A stretch of 64,000 nucleotides of DNA from an uncultured Spirochaetota bacterium (GCA_963781885.1 CAWAHW010000001.1:32001-96000); one strand, 5' to 3'. Positions 19,652-30,049 are shown, counted from the stretch's first letter. Made by a program: numbers and translations. The notes: generated by a model from the sequence alone, not told the origin.

Positions 19652-20581
19652 CTAGTGCATGCTCGCCGCGCAGGTTCCGACGGCCGGCCGATAGAAGTTG
19701 AACTGGACATTCGGGTGCGCCGCCAGAAGCGACATGGGGACGGCGGTATCAGCGATGCCCTTGGATATCATGAGCGTCGTCAGGCGCATGCCAAAGGGGT
19801 TGTCATGCACGCCGGCATGCCAGATGGAAACCTTCTCCGCCTTCCACGTCTCCCGCGGCCCGACGGTGATGGCCTTGGTAGGGATGCCCGATACCTGGCC
19901 GCCGCCGGATGTCCGCGCGTTCTGGATCACGGTCATGGGGTGAAGATTGACGACGCGCGCGGAAAGCTTGCGGTAGTCCTCGGGGCATGGAGGCTCATCG
20001 GCCCAGGCCCCTTCGCGCTGCGGGGGGTCGTTGAAGGCCCAGTGCTTCACCTCCCCCTGTCCGCCCTGCATGACGAGGCATCGAACCTGGTCGTAGGAGC
20101 GGGTGTACGCGTCCATGTTGTCGGCTTTCAGGAAGTGCAGATGGGAGTCGGGCATCCGCAGCTTCTCATCGATGCGCCGGAAGCAGAGATCGAGGTCCGC
20201 GCGCGCAAAGCTGAGCGGATGGGTGACGGGGAGCTCCCGACCGTCGACGTACCATTCGTCCATGGCCCAGAAGTGAGCGTTGCGGACGCTGATGCCAAGG
20301 TCGTTGACGATGCGGGCTACCAGTGGAAGCTGTTCGGTGGGCCCGATCGGCCCACAAATCCCCGTCGGCTGGGAGTCGGTCGCCTGTCTCCAGGCTTGCA
20401 CGTACTCCAGCGCCTCGGAAAGATAGAAAGATTCCAGCGTGTCGTAGAACTGCACGGCAAAGCCGGGGCGCTGGAGCGCCGCAAGATCTTCCGCGTTCAG
20501 CCGCGCAGCGTCGTCCAAGATTTCCCTGTCCAGCGTCGTATAATCCCACCAACCCTTGGCGACCTTGCTCTGCTCCCGCAT
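19652..20581 (-). CDS. glucosamine-6-phosphate deaminase/isomerase-like (NagB fold, divergent) protein
   Basis: [48 protein letters not shown]. Confidence 0.8.
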   Translation of the reverse strand: MREQSKVAKGWWDYTTLDREILDDAARLNAEDLAALQRPGFAVQFYDTLESFYLSEALEYVQAWRQATDSQPTGICGPIGPTEQLPLVARIVNDLGISVRNAHFWAMDEWYVDGRELPVTHPLSFARADLDLCFRRIDEKLRMPDSHLHFLKADNMDAYTRSYDQVRCLVMQGGQGEVKHWAFNDPPQREGAWADEPPCPEDYRKLSARVVNLHPMTVIQNARTSGGGQVSGIPTKAITVGPRETWKAEKVSIWHAGVHDNPFGMRLTTLMISKGIADTAVPMSLLAAHPNVQFNFYRPAVGTCAASMH

Positions 20582-20592
20582 GCGATCCTCTC

Positions 20593-20636
20593 TTTTAACG
20601 TACTGTTAGTAAATCACGTCGCCCTTGTCCTGTCAA
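20593..20636 (-). promoter_or_regulatory. sigma70-type promoter + operator, copy 1 (enzyme operon)
   Basis: TTGACA(20636-20631)-N17-TTTACT with extended TG; 18-mer TTTTAACGTACTGTTAGT at 20593-20610 (TAAC-N5-GTTA dyad). Confidence 0.8.
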
Positions 20637-20665
20637 GGCATCCTGGCCATGCCCGTCTGCGGCAG

Positions 20666-21772
20666 CTACCTCGACAGGATGGACGGCATCATCACGGTTT
20701 TTCCTTCTGCATCGAATCCCGTGAGCGGCCACGCCCCTGCCTGCGTAAGGATCTCCGATGAGCCCTTGCGCGAAAGGCAGGTATCTTCGGTGTTCACACC
20801 GGTGATCGTGACGAACCAGTTGAATGCCTGGCCCTCCGTCACGGCCGCTTCCGGGTCAAGGCTCAACGTCGAGTCATTCGGGATGTAGCCGGTGATTCCG
20901 CCCGGGAAATGCTCGTGCCATTCGTTTTCAAAACCCAGCTCCCGGTAGAGACGCTTCTGCGTCGTGAAAATGTCGGCAAAGCGCGTCCCCGGCACGGAGC
21001 GCGCAATGCACGTGGCCGCGATGGTGCTTGCCGCCGCGAATCTGCTCTCCAAATCGCGGTCGATTCTGTCGCCAAAACGCATCATGCGCGTGAGGGGGAC
21101 ATGAAGCCCGTGCTTCCGCGGGCAGACGACGAGCACCACGGTCTCCCGGATCTTTTTCTGCGACGGAACCGGATGCCGGTAGCGGGGGATGCGCTCATCG
21201 CTTCCGACAAGGACAACGGTGGAGACGAATCCCTTGAGGGCGAACGCGGAAACGAGCATGTTCTCAACTTCCGTTTCCGCCATCCCCGGGGCGATCCGGT
21301 CCGCGACGGAACGCAGGATCGACTCTGACTCGGCGGCGATAACTCTGTAACGCGCCGTTTCCGCTTCCGTGAGCGGATAGATGAGCCGGCAGAAGTCGCG
21401 GGGACGCCGCACGGCCCCGGGAAGCGCGATGTCAGAAAGGAAGCGTCCGATTCCCGTCTGGTCGCGGACGATCTGCTCCCGCGATTTTCCGTCCCACCGG
21501 GTCGTCACCAGATCGAATCCGAGCCCCGCCATCTCCTCGTCCTGGTTTCGCTCACCGTCCATGACGTACGCCACCAGAGTCTTCCTGGCGAGATCGATGA
21601 CGGCGATGGCATCGGACTCCGCGGAGGTGATGAGCACGCTGCTGCGCCCGCCGCAGGAAAGCCAGGAAAAGTTCGCCTGCGTGCCGATGACCACGGCATC
21701 CATGCCGCTCTCATCGAGATACGCGTGAATGCGCCGTTCCTTTTCCCTGAACTCATCCGTCCGAGCGCTCAT
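20666..21772 (-). CDS. M24-family (aminopeptidase P/creatinase fold) hydrolase
   Basis: NFSWLSCGG, DERI.RYRHP, EWHEHFPGGITGY, EDT near C-terminus. Confidence 0.82.
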   Translation of the reverse strand: MSARTDEFREKERRIHAYLDESGMDAVVIGTQANFSWLSCGGRSSVLITSAESDAIAVIDLARKTLVAYVMDGERNQDEEMAGLGFDLVTTRWDGKSREQIVRDQTGIGRFLSDIALPGAVRRPRDFCRLIYPLTEAETARYRVIAAESESILRSVADRIAPGMAETEVENMLVSAFALKGFVSTVVLVGSDERIPRYRHPVPSQKKIRETVVLVVCPRKHGLHVPLTRMMRFGDRIDRDLESRFAAASTIAATCIARSVPGTRFADIFTTQKRLYRELGFENEWHEHFPGGITGYIPNDSTLSLDPEAAVTEGQAFNWFVTITGVNTEDTCLSRKGSSEILTQAGAWPLTGFDAEGKTVMMPSILSR

Positions 21773-21795
21773 CCCTCTCTCCCATCCCGCCCGGG

Positions 21796-21832
21796 CGTCG
21801 TCAGCCGTCCGCGCAGGGCGGAGGTGACGACG
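21796..21832 (-). other. intergenic stem-loop after solute-binding protein gene
   Basis: CGTCGTCA..TCCGC/GCGGA..TGACGACG; no U tract, position typical of an mRNA-stabilising hairpin. Confidence 0.5.
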
Positions 21833-21855
21833 TCTGGCTTCACGCGGTTGCCCGC

Positions 21856-22892
21856 CTATTGCTTGACCTTCTTTTCCGCTGCCGAGTAGTACTTGATGAC
21901 CTCATCAACGTTGTCCTTGGTCACAAGGACAAGACCCGAGTCGATCGAGCGCGGCATCCAGTTGTTCGTCCAAGGATCCAGGCCGCCGGCCGGATCGCGT
22001 CGTTGTGCCACATGTAGAGCAGGGAAAGCGCCATGTACTCCATGACGTCGTACTTTTCGATCGTGATGAGCTGCACTTTCCCGTTCTTGATGTTGTTGTA
22101 GAAGTCGAGACCGGCTTCATTGACCGTCACGATCAGCTTTCCTGCTTTGCCCGCCTCATCAAGCGCGGAGACGATGCCGGGGGGAGACTCGGAGTCGAGG
22201 CCGAAGATTCCCGTGAGGTCCCTGTTCGCGCTCAGGATCGCCGCGGTCTTCTGCGCGGCGGTGGCGGCGTTGGACTCATTGTCTTCCTCCGCGACCACTT
22301 GGATGCCGGTGCCCTTCAGGGTATCCTTGATGCCCTGCCGCGCCTCCTGCATGTTCTCCTGCTGGATCGGGGAAAGGATGGCGACTTTTCCCGTCGCAAG
22401 GCCGCGCGCCTTGTGCTGGGCGACCTGGAACTGCGCCATCGTCACACCGAGGTTGTACCAGTTGGTGCCGACATAGCAGAGACGTTTCGAATTCGGCAAG
22501 TCACCGTCGGTGACGACGACGGGGACCTTCATGGCGATCAGCTTGTTCACCGGCTCCTGGAGCGACTGGTCCCAGCCGCCGACCACGATGACGCCGGCGG
22601 GCTTGCGCGCGCCTTCGGTTTCCACCGTCGCGATGTACGCGGCGAGATCGTCCGTCGTCGGACCCGCCTTCCGCACGATGACATTGAAGTCACGCTGGAA
22701 TGCGTCCAGCGCCGGGTAGACCCTTTCGACGAAGAGCGGCAGGCTGGAGAAGTTCGAGATCCACACGTACTCCTGCTTCGCCCGATCGGGTCCGCCGATG
22801 ACCACCTTGTCCGCCGGCGCGGCTCCCGCCACCCCCGCGGCAAGAAGCATGGACAGGATCGCCCATACTGCGGCTCGTTTCCCATTCCTCAT
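21856..22892 (-). CDS. sugar ABC transporter substrate-binding protein; one frameshift near 21986
   Basis: Signal peptide MRNGKRAAVWAILSMLLAAG; PVVVTDGDLPNSKRLCYVGTN; C-terminus IDSGLVLVTKDNV in shifted frame. Confidence 0.88.
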
Positions 22893-22975
22893 TGGTTGCC
22901 TCCTTGACGTTGTCGTTCTGGACTGGACACCGCGACTTCCTTCGCGGGTAAGATCTGTGTTCCCTCCTTTCCCGT

Positions 22976-23998
22976 CTATTTCTGCTTGCGCCCGAACTGG
23001 TCGATGCCGACGGCCACGAGCAGCACGATCCCGACCACGATGCCCTGGTAGAAAACCGGCACGCGCGAGATGATCAGGGCGTTCTGGATGAGCGACACGA
23101 ACAGGACCCCCAGGAAGGCGCCGGCCACCGTGCCCACCCCGCCGGCGAGACTCGCCCCGCCGAGGATGGCTGCCGTGATGGCGCGCAATTCGATGCCGTT
23201 GCCCGCCAGCACCACGGCGTTGCTCAAGCGCGAGGCGAGCACCGTGCCCGCGATCCCCGCGAAAAACCCCATGATCCCGAAGCCGATCAGGATGAAGAAT
23301 GGCACCTTGATCCCGGAGAGCGTTGCCGCCTTGGGATTGCTGCCGACGAAATAGAACTGTCGGAAAAATCGCGTTCGCGCGAGCAGGAACCAGCTCACGA
23401 GCACGACGATCACCATCCACCAGAAGGGGGACTGCAGGCCGAGGAAAACCGTCTGGCCCAGGGGCCGGAAGCTGTCGGGGAGATTCGCGACGCCCGACGG
23501 CGAGATGATCTGCGTCACCCCCCGCAGAATGCCCGACATCGCCAGCGTCGTGATCAGGGCGTTGATGCGCAGCTTTGTGATGATCAGGCCGTTCAGGAGA
23601 CCGATCACCAGGCCGGTGCCCAGCCCGCCGAGCACGGCGACGAGCACGGGAGCGCCCGCCTGCTTCACGAGAATCCCCGCGACAATGCCTGACAGGGCGA
23701 GGGTGGACCCCGTGGACAGGTCGAAGACGCCGCAGATAAGCAGGATGAGCATGCCCGTCGTGATGATGCCCGCCTGCGCCGTGTCCAGGAGAATGGCGGC
23801 GAAATTGTCCCAGTGCGGGAACGCGTCCGGAAACACGACGATCATGACGACCGACAGGAGCACGGTCATGACGACGAGGAGAAGGACCCTGTCGTACAGG
23901 ATGCGGCGGAAAAGCGCAGAGAGCGGGGGCGCCCGCCGCGGCCCCCCCGCCGCGATGACGCCGCTCGCGTCCCCTGTCGCTTTCCCTGTCTTCGCCAT
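22976..23998 (-). CDS. sugar ABC transporter permease (RbsC-like)
   Basis: FDLSTGS, INALITTLA, GSNPKAATLSGI, ELRAITAAILGGASLAGG.G. Confidence 0.94.
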   Translation of the reverse strand: MAKTGKATGDASGVIAAGGPRRAPPLSALFRRILYDRVLLLVVMTVLLSVVMIVVFPDAFPHWDNFAAILLDTAQAGIITTGMLILLICGVFDLSTGSTLALSGIVAGILVKQAGAPVLVAVLGGLGTGLVIGLLNGLIITKLRINALITTLAMSGILRGVTQIISPSGVANLPDSFRPLGQTVFLGLQSPFWWMVIVVLVSWFLLARTRFFRQFYFVGSNPKAATLSGIKVPFFILIGFGIMGFFAGIAGTVLASRLSNAVVLAGNGIELRAITAAILGGASLAGGVGTVAGAFLGVLFVSLIQNALIISRVPVFYQGIVVGIVLLVAVGIDQFGRKQK

Positions 23999-24000
23999 GT

Positions 24001-25563
24001 TCACACTGTCCTCCCTGCGGGTGGTACGGCCTTTTTCGGCGTCGCCAACTGGAGAATGGTCACCTCGTCCGCGTCCTGCGCGCTCATCTCGCCGACGGTG
24101 CGCCCCTCCGCCATCACGACAATGCGATGCGCGAGCGCGAGCACCTCGGGCAGGTCAGACGAAACGACAAGAAGAGCGGTGCCGGTTTTCACCAGCCCGC
24201 GCAGGATTTCATACAATTCAGCCTTCGCGCCGACATCCACGCCGCGCGTCGGCTCGTCGACGATCAGGAGCTTCGGCTTCCGCGAAAGCCACTTGCCGAC
24301 AAGGACTTTCTGCTGGTTTCCGCCGCTCAGGTACATCACCTCGCGGTCGATGGAGGGCGTCACGATGTGGAGGGAATCCGTCACCTCCTGCGCCAGCTGC
24401 CGCACTTTCTGCGCCACGACGACGCCGTTCCGGCTCACCAGACCCATATTCGTGACCGAAATGTTCCGGGCGACGCTCATGGCGAGGAACAATCCCTGCT
24501 CCCGTCTCTCTTCGGGCACCATGCCGATGCTGGCCTTCATCGCCTGCGACGGATGACCGGGGGCGATTTCCACACCGCTCAACCGCACGCGGCCGGAAAT
24601 GCGTCTCCGCATGCCGAATATCGTTTCGCAGAGCTCGGTCCGTCCGGCGCCCACAAGCCCCGCCAGACAGACGATTTCACCGGCGCGGACCTCGAAGGAG
24701 GCATGATTCACGCCGGGAGCGACGAGGTCCTCCACCTCCAGAACCGGGAGCCCCCCGGGGCCTGGGCCCTGCACGCTGCGCGCGAAAGACAGCTCGCGGC
24801 CGACCTCCAGGCGGATCAGCTCGTCCGGCGTCGTCCCCTTGATGGAGCAGACACCCGTCACTTTGCCATCCTTGAGGACGGTCACCCGGTCTGCGACCTC
24901 GAAGACTTCGGCGAGACGGTGCGTCACGTAGACGATCGCCACGCCGCGCGTCGCGAGGCGGTGCATGTTTTTCGCAAGATTGCGCGCCTCGCTCACCGTG
25001 AGAGACGAGGTCGGCTCGTCGAGAATCAGGACGCGCACCTGCTGGGAAAGGGCTTTCGCGATCTCCACCAGCTGCCGCTGGCTGGGAGACAGGTTGACCA
25101 CGAGCGTGGCGGGGTCGATGACGACATCGAGATCCTGCAGGAGCTGCCGGGTCTGGCGGAACATCTCCTTGGTATCGATAACGCCGAATCGCCGGACAGG
25201 CTGGCGGCCGGCAAAAATGTTCTCGGCGACGCTGAGGGTCGGAAAGAGGCTGCCTTCTTGGAACACCATGGCCACCCCTGCCCTCTCGGCGGCTTTTTCA
25301 TCCTCCGGAGTGTAAGCGCGGCCATCAAGCTCCATGTGCCCGCAGTCCGGCGGATAGACGCCGGCGACGATCTGCATCAGGGTCGACTTCCCGGCACCGT
25401 TTTCGCCCACCATCGCGTGGATTTCCCCGGGCAGCACCTCGATTGTCACATTGTCGAGAGCCTTCACGCCGGGAAATGACTTGCTGATGCCCGATGCCCG
25501 CAGGCGCGGCTGCCTCTCTGGGCCGGATTCTGGCACGTTTCGCGACTGGTCCTTTCCATCCAT
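24001..25563 (-). CDS. sugar ABC transporter ATP-binding protein (RbsA-like, two NBDs)
   Basis: GENGAGKST, LILDEPT, LSGGNQQKV, DEPTRGVDVGAK. Confidence 0.95.
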   Translation of the reverse strand: MDGKDQSRNVPESGPERQPRLRASGISKSFPGVKALDNVTIEVLPGEIHAMVGENGAGKSTLMQIVAGVYPPDCGHMELDGRAYTPEDEKAAERAGVAMVFQEGSLFPTLSVAENIFAGRQPVRRFGVIDTKEMFRQTRQLLQDLDVVIDPATLVVNLSPSQRQLVEIAKALSQQVRVLILDEPTSSLTVSEARNLAKNMHRLATRGVAIVYVTHRLAEVFEVADRVTVLKDGKVTGVCSIKGTTPDELIRLEVGRELSFARSVQGPGPGGLPVLEVEDLVAPGVNHASFEVRAGEIVCLAGLVGAGRTELCETIFGMRRRISGRVRLSGVEIAPGHPSQAMKASIGMVPEERREQGLFLAMSVARNISVTNMGLVSRNGVVVAQKVRQLAQEVTDSLHIVTPSIDREVMYLSGGNQQKVLVGKWLSRKPKLLIVDEPTRGVDVGAKAELYEILRGLVKTGTALLVVSSDLPEVLALAHRIVVMAEGRTVGEMSAQDADEVTILQLATPKKAVPPAGRTV

Positions 25564-25679
25564 CAGTGCACAACTCCTTGCGGAGAAAGCGCCCGCCGTT
25601 TCAGCGCTCTTCCCCATTCCGCGCAGGCCCCAAGCGGCCAAAGCCTTGCCGTACCCTTCAAGGATCGGATACGTTTTTG

Positions 25680-25723
25680 TTTTAACGTACTGTTAGTTAA
25701 TCACAGCTCGTTGATATTGTCAA
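25680..25723 (-). promoter_or_regulatory. sigma70-type promoter + operator, copy 2 (transporter operon)
   Basis: TTGACA(25723-25718)-N17-TTAACT with extended TG; identical 18-mer TTTTAACGTACTGTTAGT at 25680-25697. Confidence 0.8.
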
Positions 25724-25787
25724 GGATTATCCTCAGGGTTTTCGATTTCTGCTTGACCCGTAGCCCCCGACATGCATAGACTCGGAT

Positions 25788-27956
25788 ATGATCACAGAAG
25801 GGAGGGCCGTGATCAGCCCGCCGGAGCTGCGCCTGTCGCCGGGAAAGCCTCTGCCGTTCGGCGCAACGCCGGACGAGCGCGGGACGCAGTTCGCCGTCTT
25901 CAGCCGGCATGCAACCGCCGTGTCCCTCCTGCTCTTCGACCGCCCGCAGAGCGCGCAGCCATCCCACGAGATTCCACTGGATCCGCGCCTGAACCGCACG
26001 GGCGACGTCTGGCACATCCGCGTGGAAGGCGCGGGGCCGGGAACCCTCTATCTCTACCGGGTCGACGGGCCGTGGGAGCCGGAAAAAGGGCATCGCTTCG
26101 ACCCGGACCGCTTCCTTCTGGATCCGTACGTCAAGGCAGTCACGGGCAGCTTCGAATGGGACCTCACGGGCGCCCGCAGCCGCGCCCCGCGCGCCCCGCG
26201 GAAAACGCCTGGTCGTGCAGCGGACGCGTCACACTTTCCCAAGGGCATTGTCGTCTCGGACGATTTCGACTGGCAGGGCGACCGTCCGCTCAACAGGCCG
26301 CTGCGCTTCAGCGTGATCTACGAGTCGCACGTCCGCGGCCTCACCATGGACAAAAGCGCCGGCGCGGCGCACCCGGGCACCTTCCGCGGCGTCACGGAGA
26401 GGATCCCGTACTTCAAGGATCTCGGCATCACCGCCCTGGAGCTCCTGCCGGTGCAGGAGTTCGACGAGCACGACAACGCGCGCGTGAATCCCCTCACCGG
26501 CGAGCCGCTGTCGAATTACTGGGGATACAACACCATCTCCTTCTTCGCCCCCAAGGGCCGCTACGCGAGCACCGGGGCCGACGGTGAGCAGGTGGCCGAG
26601 TTCAAGGAGATGGTGCGGGCCCTCCACGCGGCAGGCATCGAGGTCATCCTCGACATGGTGTTCAACCATTCGGCGGAGGGCGACGACACCGGGCCGACGC
26701 TCTGCTTCCGCGGGTGGGACAACTCGATCTACTACATGCTCGATGAGAGCGACCCCCGGCTCTACCGCAACTACACCGGCTGCGGGAATACGATGAACTG
26801 CAATCATCCCATCGTTCGCAGCCTCATCCAGGACTGCCTGCGCTACTGGGTCGTGGAGATGCACGTGGATGGGTTCCGCTTCGACCTCGGCTCGGTGCTC
26901 GGCCGCGACACGGAGGGCCGGATCATGGAGAATCCTCCGGTGCTGGAGCGAATCGCCGAGGAGCCGATCCTGCGCCATACGAAGATCATCGCGGAGGCCT
27001 GGGACGCGGCCGGCGCCTACCAGGTGGGCTGGTTCCCGGGGGGCAGATGGGCGGAGTGGAACGACAGGTTCCGCGACGACGTGCGCCGGTTCTGGCGCGG
27101 GGACGCGGGCACCGTGTCCCATCTGGCGACGCGTCTTGCCGGCAGCTCCGACCTGTACCTGCGCGACGGCAGGAAGCCTTTTCACAGCATCAACTTCATC
27201 ACGTCCCACGACGGCTTCACGCTCAACGACCTCGTGAGCTACGCGGCGAAGCACAACGAGGGCAACGGTGAGGGAAACCGCGACGGGGCGACGCCCGACC
27301 AGTCGGCCAACTACGGCGCCGAAGGCCCGTCGAACAACGCGACGGTGGAGTCGATCCGCAACCGGCAGGTGAAAAACATGCTTGCGACGCTCCTTCTCTC
27401 CCTCGGCACGCCCATGCTGCTCGGCGGCGACGAGATCCGCCGCAGCCAGCGGGGAAACAACAACGCCTGGTGCCAGAACAACGCCGTCTCCTGGTACGAC
27501 TGGACCTTCGTCGAAAAGCACGCCGACGTGCATCGCTTCTGCCGCGAGCTGATCGCCTTCCGCCTCCGGCACCCCGCTTTTCTTCGGCCCGAGTTCTACA
27601 GCGGCAAGGATTCCTCCCACAACCAGATCCCCGACATCACCTGGCTTTCGGAGAACGCGGAGCCCGAGGACTGGGACGAATCGCGCACGACACTCGCCCT
27701 CCTCATCGACGGCAACAAGTCCGATATCGACGCCGACCGGGACGACAACGACATCCTCATGCTGCTGAACGCCTCGCCCGGGGAGACTCTTTTCACGCTC
27801 GCCCCGGTGCCGCCGGGCAAGGAGGCGTGGTACCGCGCCATCGACACCGGCTGCGCCGCGCCGCGCGATATCGCCGCTCCCGGAGCGGAAGAGCGCATCA
27901 CGCGCGACACGCTCGCCTGCGTCGGACGCTCGATGGTCGTGCTCCTGTCACGGTAG
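25788..27956 (+). CDS. glgX: glycogen debranching enzyme (GH13 isoamylase type)
   Basis: NYWGYNT, VILDMVFNH, VDGFRFDL, IAEAWD, NFITSHDGFTLNDLVSY, QRGNNNAWCQ. Confidence 0.95.
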   Translation: MITEGRAVISPPELRLSPGKPLPFGATPDERGTQFAVFSRHATAVSLLLFDRPQSAQPSHEIPLDPRLNRTGDVWHIRVEGAGPGTLYLYRVDGPWEPEKGHRFDPDRFLLDPYVKAVTGSFEWDLTGARSRAPRAPRKTPGRAADASHFPKGIVVSDDFDWQGDRPLNRPLRFSVIYESHVRGLTMDKSAGAAHPGTFRGVTERIPYFKDLGITALELLPVQEFDEHDNARVNPLTGEPLSNYWGYNTISFFAPKGRYASTGADGEQVAEFKEMVRALHAAGIEVILDMVFNHSAEGDDTGPTLCFRGWDNSIYYMLDESDPRLYRNYTGCGNTMNCNHPIVRSLIQDCLRYWVVEMHVDGFRFDLGSVLGRDTEGRIMENPPVLERIAEEPILRHTKIIAEAWDAAGAYQVGWFPGGRWAEWNDRFRDDVRRFWRGDAGTVSHLATRLAGSSDLYLRDGRKPFHSINFITSHDGFTLNDLVSYAAKHNEGNGEGNRDGATPDQSANYGAEGPSNNATVESIRNRQVKNMLATLLLSLGTPMLLGGDEIRRSQRGNNNAWCQNNAVSWYDWTFVEKHADVHRFCRELIAFRLRHPAFLRPEFYSGKDSSHNQIPDITWLSENAEPEDWDESRTTLALLIDGNKSDIDADRDDNDILMLLNASPGETLFTLAPVPPGKEAWYRAIDTGCAAPRDIAAPGAEERITRDTLACVGRSMVVLLSR

Positions 27957-28015
27957 GACCGCGGGGAAACTTTTCTTGACGCAACGCATTGCGCGGGATA
28001 CGCTTGCTAAGACAC

Positions 28016-30049
28016 ATGCGCAGGCGCATTCTGCTCGCCATCGGCGGTACGCTGCTCGCGATGCTCATCATCATATCGGTGGCCTCCCGCTCGATCCTTC
28101 TGGACAGCTACGAGGGGCTCGAACGAAGCTACCTGGAAAAGGACGTGCAGCGCATCAAGGCCGACATCACGCGACAGGAGACGGGTCTCGGGCGGACCGT
28201 CGAGGATTACGCCGCCTGGAGCGCGATGTACCAGTACGTCTTCCATCCCTCGCCGTCCTTTGTCAGTGAGAATTTCACGGAAGAAAGCGCCGCCAATCTT
28301 CGTCTCGATATCGTGCTCGTCATCGACAATGCCGGAACCACCGTCTACGGCGGCGCGTTCGGCAAAGGCGCGGCGAAGGCCGGGATCGTGGAGAGTCTTA
28401 CCCGGTGGATCGCGGCGCATCCGGAAACGGTGCGTTTCGCCGACAAGAACGGCAAGGCGGAGGGAATCGTGCGCCTCCCGCAGGGCATGCTCGTGCTCGC
28501 CTCGCGCCCCATCCTCGACGACACGCGGCAGCTGCCCGTTGCCGGCACCCTTTTCATGGGAAGGCTCTTCGACGCGGATGCCGTGCACCTGATGGGCACC
28601 CAGCTCCTCCTGTCCCTGTCGCTCTACGGGCTGGACCAGTCCCCCGTTCCCGATTCGGTGACCCTCGCGAAGACGCGTCTGGCCGGGGAGGAGAGCGTCT
28701 ATATCGACACGAGGCTGGACAGGACAGTGTCGGTCTCCACGCTGGTGCGCGACATCGCGGGAGATCCCGTCGCCCTCCTCCAGGTGGATGCGCCGCGCGA
28801 CATCCGCATGCAGGGCGTGCGGACGCTGCGCTATTTCTACCTGTGGATGCTCTTCATCGGCCTCGCATTCGGCGGCGTCGTGCTCCTCACCATCGAGCGC
28901 ACGGTGCTGTCACGGCTCGTCCACCTGGGCAAGAGCGTGCTCGCCATCGGCACGGGCAGCGACCCGACGAAAAGGATTGCGATCACCGGCATCGACCAGA
29001 TCGCCTACATCGGCGCCGCCATCAACGGCATGCTGGACGCGCTCGCCCGTTCCACCGAGCAGCTGCGGGAAAGCGAACGGCGCAACGCCGCGTTCCTCGA
29101 CGCGGTCCCCGACACGATTTTTCGCGTGACACGGGACGGGACGATACTCGATGCGCGCTCGTCGCACATCGAGACGCTCCTGGAGACGGCGGGGAATCTC
29201 GTCGGCAAGGACTCCGAGCAGATCCTCCCCCTGTACTCCTTCATCTCCCCGGACCTCTTCGACAAGTCACTGGCCGCCACGGAGGCGGCGCTGAGCACGG
29301 GCGTCACCCAGACCCTTTCCTTCTCCGTGGACACGGAGTCGGGCAGGCGGCACTTCGAGGAGCGCTTCGTCGCCGCGACCGACAACGAGGTGATTGCCCT
29401 TGTGCGCGAGGTGACGGACATCCGCAAAGCGGAGGAAGCGCGGCGGCGCGAGCTCCTCCTGAAGGAAATCCACCACCGGGTGAAGAACAACCTGCAGGTG
29501 ATTTCCAGCCTCCTCGCGCTCCAGGCAGGGGCGTCGAAGGACCAGACCACGCGGCGGCTCCTCATGGAAAGCCGCGACAGGGTGCGCTCCATGGGTCTCA
29601 TCCACGAGCGGCTCTACCAGTCGGACAGCGAGCGCGGCATGAGCTTCGCCGCCTACGTCAGTGACCTTGCGGCGCACCTGCGCCATTCCTACACGGGAAG
29701 CTCCGAGGCGATAGCGATGACACTCGACGTGCAGGACATTGCGCTCGACATGGATACCTCCGTGCCGTGCGGCCTGATCATCAACGAGCTCCTCTCCAAC
29801 GCGCTGAAGCACGCCTTCGCGGAAGGAAAGGGCGGCACGATCGCGGTGCATCTCCGCGAGGAGCCGAAGGGGACGATCGTTCTCACCGTGAGCGATGACG
29901 GGCAGGGTCTGCCGCCCGGTTTCGACATTGCGGCGACGCATACCCTGGGTCTCCGCATCGTCGGATCGCTGGTCGCCCAGCTCAAGGGCACCATCACGGC
30001 AGGTCCCGGTCCCGGGGCATCATTCACGGTCATCTTCCCGCGCGCATGA
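28016..30049 (+). CDS. CHASE4-HAMP-PAS sensor histidine kinase (HisKA_2 type)
   Basis: Two TMs flanking DYAAW-type CHASE4 domain; EIHHRVKNNLQ, NELLSNALKHAF, DDGQG; promoter TTGACG-N17-TACGCT at 27976-28004. Confidence 0.9.
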   Translation: MRRRILLAIGGTLLAMLIIISVASRSILLDSYEGLERSYLEKDVQRIKADITRQETGLGRTVEDYAAWSAMYQYVFHPSPSFVSENFTEESAANLRLDIVLVIDNAGTTVYGGAFGKGAAKAGIVESLTRWIAAHPETVRFADKNGKAEGIVRLPQGMLVLASRPILDDTRQLPVAGTLFMGRLFDADAVHLMGTQLLLSLSLYGLDQSPVPDSVTLAKTRLAGEESVYIDTRLDRTVSVSTLVRDIAGDPVALLQVDAPRDIRMQGVRTLRYFYLWMLFIGLAFGGVVLLTIERTVLSRLVHLGKSVLAIGTGSDPTKRIAITGIDQIAYIGAAINGMLDALARSTEQLRESERRNAAFLDAVPDTIFRVTRDGTILDARSSHIETLLETAGNLVGKDSEQILPLYSFISPDLFDKSLAATEAALSTGVTQTLSFSVDTESGRRHFEERFVAATDNEVIALVREVTDIRKAEEARRRELLLKEIHHRVKNNLQVISSLLALQAGASKDQTTRRLLMESRDRVRSMGLIHERLYQSDSERGMSFAAYVSDLAAHLRHSYTGSSEAIAMTLDVQDIALDMDTSVPCGLIINELLSNALKHAFAEGKGGTIAVHLREEPKGTIVLTVSDDGQGLPPGFDIAATHTLGLRIVGSLVAQLKGTITAGPGPGASFTVIFPRA

